From a bacterium (GTDB lineage Bacteria; Bacteroidota; Ignavibacteria; UBA10030), in NCBI GenBank assembly GCA_043803945.1, contig JAZDJN010000089.1, forward strand, positions 1 to 10,781: DNA of 10,781 nucleotides. Reading direction: 5' to 3'. A program made the translations under genes and the position numbers. Below the pieces are notes generated by a model, which saw only the letters and a list, made by a program, of their open reading frames with translations, searched no databases and was not told the DNA's origin. Positions 1 through 6,695 of the stretch are shown piece after piece. Every line of letters begins with the position of its first letter. The stretch's first letter is position 1.

Positions 1-210
1 CGGCAGCGGCCCATCGAAGAGTGAACTCTGTACAAAACCATGGCCTTCTGCGGCATGGAGGATCTCCTGTCGCATCGCTGGATTATCCATGTCACCAAGA
101 TGTGACACGACCCGTTGACGAGGGCCTCGCTCAGTCCGGTAGGATTCCACCAGCTCCCAATAAGTGTGGGGCTTGCCATCTTTATGTCGACACTTGCGCC
201 TGAGAAACAT
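1..210 (-). CDS. IS1634-family DDE transposase, N-terminal 70 codons (runs off window edge)
   Basis: Not in the ORF track. Manual translation from ATG 210-208 gives MFLRRKCRHKDGKPHTYWELVESYRTERGPRQRVVSHLGDMD...QSSLFDGPLP. The K-DGK-x-H-x-YW-x-LVES-x-R...GPRQRVV-x-x-LG pattern is the typical IS1634 transposase N-terminus. Confidence 0.88.
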   Translation of the reverse strand, partial: MFLRRKCRHKDGKPHTYWELVESYRTERGPRQRVVSHLGDMDNPAMRQEILHAAEGHGFVQSSLFDGPLP

Positions 211-218
211 GATGCGAC

Positions 219-248
219 AATATACTACATCGACCATGCCCTCCGCAA
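219..248 (-). promoter_or_regulatory. Possible sigma70-like promoter for the transposase (leaderless)
   Basis: Minus strand TTGCGG (248-243), 18-nt spacer, TATATT (224-219), 8 nt, then ATG. No Shine-Dalgarno sequence is visible. Confidence 0.3.
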
Positions 249-360
249 GGGGGTAGGTCGGCACTACACGCACTTTTACAGAGAATCGCCCAATGCTCGC
301 TCCATTCGCGGACTTTCATCAGAAAATGATCGAAAATAATTCTGAACTGTCGAACTTGGG

Positions 361-434
361 TTAAGATTATGAATGATGCGGGACTTGAATTTTTCCTCAT
401 AGTAATCGGCGCCGAGATCGACGTACGCGACTTT
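361..434 (-). pseudogene. IS110-family transposase C-terminal remnant (~24 codons)
   Basis: KVAYVDLGADYYEEKFKSRIIHNL matches the Y-x-DLGADYY-E...R-x-x-x-NL tail of IS110 transposases. It is cut on its 3' side by the IS1634 end, and upstream codons are unrelated. Confidence 0.65.
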
Positions 435-469
435 ACTCGTCCTTTTCATTGTATTTTTAATTCCTGGCC

Positions 470-630
470 GACTCACCCGCCGCTCCCCGATAAAAAGCAG
501 CGGGATTCTCAATACCACCCCGACTTAACTGAGAAGCGTTAAGTCTGTGGAGTTGGAATAATCTGATCGTTTGCGATTTTTGCGACCGCCAGTTCTTTGA
601 CGGATTGGCGGGAGCGGCGATCCGTTAGGC
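470..630 (+). repeat. attC-like site, long atypical family, copy 1 (161 bp)
   Basis: R'' GACTCAC 470-476 (one mismatch to consensus), 5-bp spacer, L'' GCTCCCCG 482-489, L' CGGGAGC 609-615, 8-bp spacer, R' GTTAGGC 624-630. Positions 482-558 are 64/77 identical to 1821-1897. Confidence 0.78.
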
Positions 631-666
631 AGCGCGGCCGGTAACCACAACATCGGAATAAGCAAC

Positions 667-1232
667 ATGAATCTCCACAAAGCGACAACGCTGCTTCTAC
701 TTGGCTTGGCGTACTCCATTCTTCACAAGGCCGTTTTTGCTCTGGTTTCCACTCAGGATATGGTTGCGTATGCAACAGACATAGCTTCGATTCTATGGAT
801 CATTGCCACCTCATTCCTCATCCTGTTTGTATACTTTTTTTTGAAGGAGATATCTCCTCTGGATCTTCAGATCCGTTTCTCCCTCCTTACAGTAATGATC
901 TGTACTGGAATCATCATTCTGGATCGAATTTTCTTCACCTTGTCACTCGATTCTGTCTATCCTAACGAATGGGTTCTTGATGCGGGTTGCGGGACAGGAA
1001 ATTATTCCGTAGCCTTGGCCCAGGCTGGATACTGTGTGATTGGCACTGATTTTACGGCAGGCATGTTGGCAAAAGCCTAAGACAAAGTAACAGATAGTTT
1101 ATCTCGACTGGTATCCTTCCATCGAGAAGACCTGAACATGCCTTTAGAATTTCCTGAAGCTCGTTTCGATCACATCATCAGCATCAGTGTCTTACAACGT
1201 TTTTCGTTAGCCCGTACGGTGCAGTATTTATG
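667..1232 (+). pseudogene. Chimeric pseudogene: membrane-protein N-terminus (3 hydrophobic segments) fused to a class I SAM-dependent methyltransferase fragment
   Basis: Hydrophobic first ~90 aa, then VLDAGCGTG (motif I) and VIGTDF...ML. After the TAA at 1078-1080 the same frame continues DKVT...EDLNMPLEFPEARFDHIISISVLQ (motif II region) and then runs into the next cassette core at 1206. Confidence 0.78.
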
Positions 1233-1814
1233 AGTAGAAGAATAACAAAAATATCGGTACGACTTCATCCCGAAAAAACAACAGCATTACCGATAGAAGA
1301 AATTAGAATGATTCTGCGGGGTGCGGACGATATTATTGCAAGGGGCGGTCGAACGTTGTTATGCAGAATACTCAAAGGATCGAAAGAGAAAAAAGTATTA
1401 GAACTCAAGTTGAATCTGAGTCCGGCATATGGATATCTGCACGAGCTTTCAAATGAAGAAGTATTGGGAAAGATAGATTGGCTCATCGAACATAATTTCC
1501 TTCACTACGAGTATTTTGGGCGGCTTCCTTTGTTGGTGTATTCACCGATTGGCTGGGAAATTGAAAAAGAAACATATACAAATGAACTTTATGAGCTATT
1601 CAATAAAATGGTAGAAGTTGGAGATACATCATTTGATTTTACCCGGTTGAAGGATCGTGATCGAGGTATGATATTTCTTCTGCTTGAAAAAATTCGCAAT
1701 CGTGGTGATGCTCGTTTTATTTCGCTTCTTAGCAATTGGGAAAAAGTGGACTACAAGAAAGTTCAACAACGCATTCATTCTATCATTCGGTCAATTCAAG
1801 AGCGCACGGGTTAA
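1230..1814 (+). CDS. RQC-domain (winged-helix, RQC-minor-like) DNA-binding protein
   Basis: ILRGADDII...GGR..L..ILKGSKEKK......L..SPAYG...IDWLI...L...Y.GRLPLL pattern of stand-alone RecQ-C-terminal domain proteins. The stop codon lies in the attC inverse core. Confidence 0.85.
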   Translation: MSRRITKISVRLHPEKTTALPIEEIRMILRGADDIIARGGRTLLCRILKGSKEKKVLELKLNLSPAYGYLHELSNEEVLGKIDWLIEHNFLHYEYFGRLPLLVYSPIGWEIEKETYTNELYELFNKMVEVGDTSFDFTRLKDRDRGMIFLLLEKIRNRGDARFISLLSNWEKVDYKKVQQRIHSIIRSIQERTG

Positions 1815-1934
1815 CCAGGCGCTCCCCGCTATAACTTAGTGGGATAATCAATTCCACCACGACTTAACTGCGACGCGTTAAGTCTGTGGAATTGGAAGAG
1901 ACATTTGTTTGACGGGAGCGGCCATCCGTTAAGC
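1809..1934 (+). repeat. attC-like site, long atypical family, copy 2 (126 bp)
   Basis: R'' GGTTAAC 1809-1815, spacer CAGGC, L'' GCTCCCCG 1821-1828, L' CGGGAGC 1913-1919, spacer GGCCATCC, R' GTTAAGC 1928-1934. Internal hairpin CAATTCCAC..GACTTAAC/GTTAAGTC.GTGGAATTG. Confidence 0.85.
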
Positions 1935-1956
1935 GGTTTAATATGAAAGTAGTTGC

Positions 1957-2307
1957 ATGAGATCAACGAATATCACAACTAAGCTGCCGTTTCTGTTTGT
2001 TGTTGGTCTCGTTGCTGGATTGGCCATTGCCGCCGTTGATAATTTTGCATTTGAAAGTGAAGTCAGCCCGATCGTTATTGTTGCTCTGCTGGCTGCTGTA
2101 ACGGGCACAGCAGGAGTTCTCTGGGGTTGGCGCGGATGGATCACATCCTCATCGGCGTGGGTGTGTGTGCCAGCGGCACACCTGGTCAAACACCTCCTCG
2201 GTCTGCCGGACACTTTACATCCGAACACTTACACTTCAATTATGATGCCGGCGGCATTCACTTTCGTTGTCGCTGCAATCGGTACTGGCAGCGGAGTAGT
2301 GGTATAG
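1957..2307 (+). CDS. Hypothetical ~4-TM membrane protein (cassette ORF; natural stop may be TAA 2341-2343)
   Basis: Four hydrophobic stretches, starting 22 bp after R'. The frame continues RFTGISRKNDP past the TAG to a TAA in an inverse-core-like context. Confidence 0.7.
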   Translation: MRSTNITTKLPFLFVVGLVAGLAIAAVDNFAFESEVSPIVIVALLAAVTGTAGVLWGWRGWITSSSAWVCVPAAHLVKHLLGLPDTLHPNTYTSIMMPAAFTFVVAAIGTGSGVVV

Positions 2308-2376
2308 AGATTCACCGGGATTTCGAGAAAGAACGATCCATAAACAGCCAAACCCGTCAGGTCCCAACGACAGAAT

Positions 2377-2493
2377 ATGATCACGTTCATCAAAGCAATT
2401 CATACGGCTATCTGGGTTGTCATGACGACCTCAATATCTATAATTCTGTTATGTAATTATGATGAATGCTTATCGTTCACAACTGGCGCCTAA
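2377..2493 (+). pseudogene. 38-aa cassette ORF, probably an internally deleted small membrane protein
   Basis: MITFIKAIHTAIWVVMTTSISIILLCNYDECLSFTTGA*. It starts after the degenerate core GTCAGGT (2356-2362) and its TAA falls inside GCCTAAC (2488-2494). Confidence 0.45.
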
Positions 2494-2598
2494 CCAGCCT
2501 GGCCGTGATAGAATACGCCGGGGCAAACAGGACGGCCTTAATAAAAAACAAACTTCAGCGGACAGGTGTTTGTTTTGCGAAACCGTATTCCGTTAGCT
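2488..2598 (+). repeat. Degenerate or chimeric attC-like junction
   Basis: Good R'' GCCTAAC and R' GTTAGCT, but no clear L-box pair. The interior has inverted repeats GGCCGT/ACGGCC and AAAACAAAC/GTTTGTTTT. Confidence 0.55.
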
Positions 2599-2618
2599 GG
2601 CACAGAAAGGAGATCCAT

Positions 2619-3104
2619 ATGAAACTGAATGTGTATTTCTTTTTGACACTCATAACACTGGGATGCCAGAAGGATAATCCGGTTACTACGGAGCAACCAC
2701 AACTTCCGGAACTTCCCCTGGTCAAAGTCACTCAATCGAATTATACCGAACCTGACATACAATCTCGAGTACCAGACACAACCTATAAGAATAAATGTTG
2801 TTCGATGTACAACAATCATCTCACGGATAGCTCAAAAAAATATGTGGTAACTGTTTTACTTCAGAAAGCACTGTACCTCAATCAAGATACTTCGATTGTT
2901 TCTGAATGCCTGAAAGCTACCGGCCAATTAAGGGATGGCATACTATCAGTTCCCTATTTTGCAGAACGGGCAAAATATCAATCGAAAGAGTGTTGGATCT
3001 TTGAGTTTACGTGGGGTTTGAGTTCAAACGATTTAGGTCATTACCGGTGTTTCGTTATAGATGTTGCTGCAAAAGATACGTTACTATTTATTACATGTAA
3101 GTAA
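2619..3104 (+). CDS. Hypothetical lipoprotein
   Basis: AAGGAG RBS precedes ATG 2619, a better start than 2466, which reads through the attC. MKLNVYFFLTLITLG-C is a signal peptide II/lipobox, followed by CQKDNPVT. Confidence 0.8.
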   Translation: MKLNVYFFLTLITLGCQKDNPVTTEQPQLPELPLVKVTQSNYTEPDIQSRVPDTTYKNKCCSMYNNHLTDSSKKYVVTVLLQKALYLNQDTSIVSECLKATGQLRDGILSVPYFAERAKYQSKECWIFEFTWGLSSNDLGHYRCFVIDVAAKDTLLFITCK

Positions 3105-3111
3105 AATTATC

Positions 3112-3156
3112 GGCTCATCAGGGCATCCAGCAAACGAAGCCGGTAATACGTTAACC
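3112..3156 (+). repeat. Collapsed attC remnant (45 bp)
   Basis: GGCTCAT-CAGGG-CATCCAGC-AAACG resembles a canonical left arm. The right arm is mostly missing before R' GTTAACC 3150-3156. Confidence 0.5.
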
Positions 3157-3171
3157 ACCAAGGTACATCAT

Positions 3172-3879
3172 ATGAAATCGATGGTATTCGGAGAATCGTT
3201 AGTCTTTTTTGGGATTCCTATGATTCTCCTGTATTTTGCAACACATCTTTGCATCCCCGCCTTGAGTAAAGTCACAGGACTACCGATAGTTCTCGCATGG
3301 TTCATTTGCGGCGGAACACTGGTGTTTCTCCCGATGTTTGTGGCAGCGTTCATCTTGTATCATCGTGAAGGTAATCCATGGAAAGCGTCCGCGATTCTCG
3401 AGAGATTCCGGTTGGACAAGATGTCAAAATCCGATATCGCCTGGAGTGTGTTGGGAATACTCAGTGTTGGTCTGCTCACGTATGGTATTCTTGAAATCGG
3501 CCAGTCGTTTATTCCTGGCTACTCTGCTCAACCTTCATTCATGTCCATGCAGCCCTTGCAGGCAAATGAGCGTTGGATTCTAGCGGCGTGGATTCCCTTT
3601 TTCTTCTTCAATATTTTCGGTGAGGGATTGTTTTGGCGCGGCTACATTTTCCCCCGCCAAGAACTCGCCTTTAGAAAACGTACCTGGCTGGTTCATGGCG
3701 TTTGTTGGACAATATTCCACCTCGCATTCGGTGGCGCCCTGCTCGTTACACTACTTCCCATTATCTTCATCACCTCTTTTATCGTCCAAAAGACGAGGAA
3801 TACCTGGACTGACATCATTATTCACACCTTCATTAACGGTTCAGGTTTTCTATTGGTTGCATTTGGCGTCGTGGGATAA
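3172..3879 (+). CDS. CPBP (CAAX/Abi) family intramembrane glutamic endopeptidase
   Basis: Multi-TM protein with GEGLFWRGY (EExxxRG-like, second E replaced by G), IFH and IIIHTFIN (HxxxN) motifs. ATG 3172 follows AAGG and the R' core. Confidence 0.88.
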   Translation: MKSMVFGESLVFFGIPMILLYFATHLCIPALSKVTGLPIVLAWFICGGTLVFLPMFVAAFILYHREGNPWKASAILERFRLDKMSKSDIAWSVLGILSVGLLTYGILEIGQSFIPGYSAQPSFMSMQPLQANERWILAAWIPFFFFNIFGEGLFWRGYIFPRQELAFRKRTWLVHGVCWTIFHLAFGGALLVTLLPIIFITSFIVQKTRNTWTDIIIHTFINGSGFLLVAFGVVG

Positions 3880-3933
3880 GATTCGTTGGGAAGAATCTAT
3901 CGGGGAAGGCAAATAGCGTATCATGCAAAATAC

Positions 3934-3951
3934 GCCTAACTCACATTAGGA
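3934..3951 (+). repeat. Extremely collapsed attC remnant (18 bp)
   Basis: GCCTAAC-TCAC-ATTAGGA: an inverse core directly juxtaposed to a degenerate core, between two cassette-type ORFs. Confidence 0.45.
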
Positions 3952-3974
3952 CACATCAACTAAGAGAGGTTTTC

Positions 3975-4364
3975 ATGCAAATCAAATTTATCTCCGTTAT
4001 GGTAAAGAACCAAGACAACGCACTTCGCTTCTACACAAGCGTGTTGGGCTTTAAGAAGATGGCAGATATCCCTATGGGAGAGTACCGCTGGCTTACAGTC
4101 ATTTCGCCGGATGGTATCGAGGGTGTCGAGTTAGTGCTCGAACCCATGGCCTTTCCACCGGCTCAGGTGTATCAGAAGGCTTTGTTCGATGCCGGAATAC
4201 CTGCCACTGCATTTATCACGAACGATATTCATGCTGAATACGATCGTCTCAAAAAACTTGGCGTCATCTTCCACGATGAACCGAAGAACATGGGCATCAT
4301 TACGGCAGTCCTCTTTGAGGACACCTGCGGCAACCTCATCAACCTGGTTCAGCCTGCGGCCTAA
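3975..4364 (+). CDS. VOC (glyoxalase/bleomycin resistance) family protein
   Basis: SVMVKNQDNALRFYTSVLGF, RWLTV.SP, ELVLEP and FEDTCGNLINL motifs. GAGG RBS present; the stop lies in GCCTAAT. Confidence 0.95.
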   Translation: MQIKFISVMVKNQDNALRFYTSVLGFKKMADIPMGEYRWLTVISPDGIEGVELVLEPMAFPPAQVYQKALFDAGIPATAFITNDIHAEYDRLKKLGVIFHDEPKNMGIITAVLFEDTCGNLINLVQPAA

Positions 4365-4400
4365 TCAGCGGGGAGCCGACAGCAGCTGTCAACGTGGTAC
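4359..4400 (+). repeat. Degenerate attC remnant
   Basis: GCCTAAT-CAGCG-GGGAGCCGAC resembles an attC left arm. No intact right arm is present. Confidence 0.4.
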
Positions 4401-4423
4401 AAGAACTATCAAGGACAATGAGG

Positions 4424-4792
4424 GTGAAATCAAACCAGGATATCAAGAGGGAATACAAAGAACGGAAGAAACCGGCCGGTGTATTCCAGGTGAAGAATAC
4501 CGCAAACGGCAAGATGCTGCTGGGGAGCAGTCTGAACCTTGAAGGGCCGTTGAACGGTCATAAGTTCATGCTAACAGCCGGATTGCATCGCAACGAAGCA
4601 CTTCAGAAGGAATGGAATGAATACGGTGCCGAGAGGTTCGTCTTCGAAATTCTGGAAGTTGCAAAGGTCAAAGACGATCCGAATTTCAATCTTATTGATG
4701 AACTGACGCTCCTTGAGCAAATCTGGATCGAGAAACTTCAACCCTTCGGCAAACGAGGGTACAATACAGATTCAAATATTCGTCAGGCATAA
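4424..4792 (+). CDS. Stand-alone GIY-YIG nuclease family protein (GIY-YIG_LuxR-like type)
   Basis: KREYKE....AGVFQVKN..NGK...GSS.NL......HKF.L..G.H.N..LQKEWNEYG...F.FEILE...YN pattern. GTG 4424 sits 8 nt after AAGGA (ATG 4418 is an alternative start). Confidence 0.88.
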   Translation: MKSNQDIKREYKERKKPAGVFQVKNTANGKMLLGSSLNLEGPLNGHKFMLTAGLHRNEALQKEWNEYGAERFVFEILEVAKVKDDPNFNLIDELTLLEQIWIEKLQPFGKRGYNTDSNIRQA

Positions 4793-4814
4793 TGTGGGAA
4801 ATCAATGTGCCGCC

Positions 4815-4867
4815 GGCTGAGCAGCGGCTCCCGGCTATAAAGGAGCGGTGCGGGCAGTGGATTAGCA
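4815..4867 (+). repeat. attC-like family, shortened copy 3
   Basis: GGCTGAG-CAGCG-GCTCCCGGCTATAAAGGAGCGG matches the left arm of copies 1, 2 and 4. Degenerate core ATTAGCA at 4861-4867. Confidence 0.6.
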
Positions 4868-4903
4868 GGTTCATCAACATTTTCCTATCTTGCAGAAGAC
4901 AAA

Positions 4904-5650
4904 ATGAAATATAGAAAAAAGATACTCGACAATCTGAACGCCCAGATCAAAAAGGCGGTCGCCGCGTATTGGCGCACTCGTTCCATGCAATCCGAGAAGC
5001 AAAAAGCTATAAACCGAATAGATCAAGGTGCTCGAAGCGCTGTTACCGGCGGCGCACAAATGGACGGGTTCGTCGATATTATCTCCGGTATCATTGAACA
5101 AGCAGGAGTACCGACAACCGGCATTCACCGAAACGCCAAGCTTGAACTGCCGGGATATTTCAGACCAACGAAGGAATGGGATTTGCTGGTAGTGACACAA
5201 GGCCAGCTTATTGCAGCAATGGAATTCAAATCTCAGGCCGGCCCTTCATTTGGCAACAACTTCAACAACAGAACCGAAGAAGCAATGGGATCTGCACTCG
5301 ACCTTTGGACCGCCTATCGAGAGGGTGCATTCAATTCCACAATCAAACCTTGGCTTGGATATCTTTTCCTGCTCGAAGACTGCAAGGGATCAAACAGTCC
5401 GGTGAAAGTACAGTAGCCGCACTTTCCGGTTTTCCCGGAATTCAAGAAGGCCTCCTATGCCCAGCGCTATGAAATATTCTGTCGAAAACTTGTTCGAGAG
5501 CGTCATTATTCGAGCTCAGTTTTTCTCACATCGAAGGCTGATAAAGAACTTCGAGGTAACTTTTCCGAACCAGCCAGCGATCTCACATTTGAATCATTTG
5601 CACGTTCACTTGTAGGTCAATTAGTCTCGATAGGAGGTTCGTTTAAGTGA
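4904..5650 (+). pseudogene. XhoI/PaeR7I-family type II restriction endonuclease with an in-frame TAG at 5414-5416
   Basis: Motifs DQGARSAVTGGAQMDGF, LPGYFRPTKEWDLLV and EFKSQAGPSFGNNFNNRTEEA. Past the TAG the frame continues PHFPVFPEFKKASYAQRYEIFCRKLVRERHY... to TGA 5648-5650 (248 codons in total). Confidence 0.92.
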
Positions 5651-6585
5651 AGGCAACTCGGGTGAACATTGTAACGCAGGAACCAACAACACATCGCCTG
5701 GTTTTGGGAGACGCTCGTCGGCTCGATCGCATTGCCGATGAATCCATTCATCTTGTTGTCACATCTCCCCCTTATTGGAAGCTTAAGAGGTACAACGACA
5801 ATCCGGGCCAAATGGGCCACATTATTGATTACGAACTCTTTTTGTCTGAAATCGAGAAGGTTTGGCAAGAGGTGTTTCGCGTCCTTGTTCCTGGCGGTCG
5901 AATGGTTTGCGTGGTCGGAGACGTCTGTCTATCCAGAAAGGAAAACGGAAGGCACGTAGTGGTTCCCCTTCATGCCGACATTGCCGTTGCTTGCAGGAAA
6001 ATTGGCTTCGATAATCTCAATCCCATTATTTGGCACAAGATTAGCAACGCAAGCTATGAGGTTGAAAACGGGTCAAAATTCCTCGGCAAACCATACGAGC
6101 CAAACGCAATCATCAAGAGCGATATTGAATTCATCTTGATGCAGAGAAAACCTGGTGGATACCGTAAACCGACAGAGCGTCAACGTGAACTGAGCCGAAT
6201 ATCTAAAGACGAATTTGGAAAATGGTTCCAACAGTTTTGGAATCTTTCAGGCGCATCAACAAAGGAGCATCCTGCACCATTCCCGCTTGAGTTGGCTTAC
6301 CGTCTTGTCCGGATGTTTTCTTTTACTGGCGACACAGTTATTGATCCCTTTTGCGGTACCGCAACCACAATGCTGGCTGCGATGAAATCGGGCCGCAATA
6401 GTATAGGTATTGAAATCGATCCTGAGTATTTCAAGATGGCAGAGGATCGACTTCGTAAGGAGAACTCAAATATGTTTGCAAATGCGAATCTCGAGTTTAT
6501 ACAGCCAGCCAAGGCATTTCAGGAACAAGGTGCCATAGCCGATAAGCATGCTCGATATAAGGCAGTGCGCCGCCGGTCTCCTTGA
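5647..6585 (+). CDS. Beta-class N4/N6 DNA methyltransferase (SPPY, likely m4C)
   Basis: VVTSPPY precedes HPAPFP and VIDPFCGTATT/GIEID (beta motif order). AGGAGG RBS at 5632-5637; GTGA overlap with the nuclease stop. Confidence 0.95.
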   Translation: MKATRVNIVTQEPTTHRLVLGDARRLDRIADESIHLVVTSPPYWKLKRYNDNPGQMGHIIDYELFLSEIEKVWQEVFRVLVPGGRMVCVVGDVCLSRKENGRHVVVPLHADIAVACRKIGFDNLNPIIWHKISNASYEVENGSKFLGKPYEPNAIIKSDIEFILMQRKPGGYRKPTERQRELSRISKDEFGKWFQQFWNLSGASTKEHPAPFPLELAYRLVRMFSFTGDTVIDPFCGTATTMLAAMKSGRNSIGIEIDPEYFKMAEDRLRKENSNMFANANLEFIQPAKAFQEQGAIADKHARYKAVRRRSP

Positions 6586-6695
6586 CTCTGGTGCATTTCC
6601 CATTTTTCCAAATCGAGAAACCCAGCCATATATCTCAATGTGCATTCTGTTCTTTCAGGATTCTCCCTTACACAAATTTCATCGGGGCCCGTGCC

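Larger units (their letters stand above)
1..360 (-). mobile_element. IS1634-family insertion sequence, left end and 5' part
   Basis: The minus strand begins CCCAAGTTCGACAG at 360, 150 bp upstream of the transposase ATG, resembling IS1634-type termini as I recall them. The IS110-like reading frame loses its similarity exactly at 361/360. Confidence 0.78.

Noticed and set aside
518-526. CCCGACTT in attC copy 1 matches the IS terminus at 10641
   Set aside because: Only 8 bp, not conserved in copy 2 (CACGACTT) and part of an internal hairpin arm; probably chance.
21-775. ORF-track entries 21-203, 115-339, 182-400, 525-719, 539-775 and full-length 276-518
   Set aside because: They are shadows of the IS1634 transposase, the IS end and the attC. 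Only 361-434 of the 276-518 frame has recognisable similarity.
960-966. TCCTAAC as an inverse core site near the chimera junction
   Set aside because: It lies in coding sequence (YPNE) just before methyltransferase motif I, with no L box or partner arm.
2466-4423. Upstream starts at 2466, 3061 and 4394
   Set aside because: These extensions run through attC remnants or the previous gene. Better RBS-linked starts are 2619, 3172 and 4424.
2305-5416. Amber (TAG) recoding: both TAG stops in plausible genes (2305, 5414) look premature, and no clearly full-length gene ends in TAG
   Set aside because: The 1004-aa ORF and other intact genes contain no in-frame TAG, and a premature TAA also occurs at 1078. 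Ordinary decay explains the pattern better.
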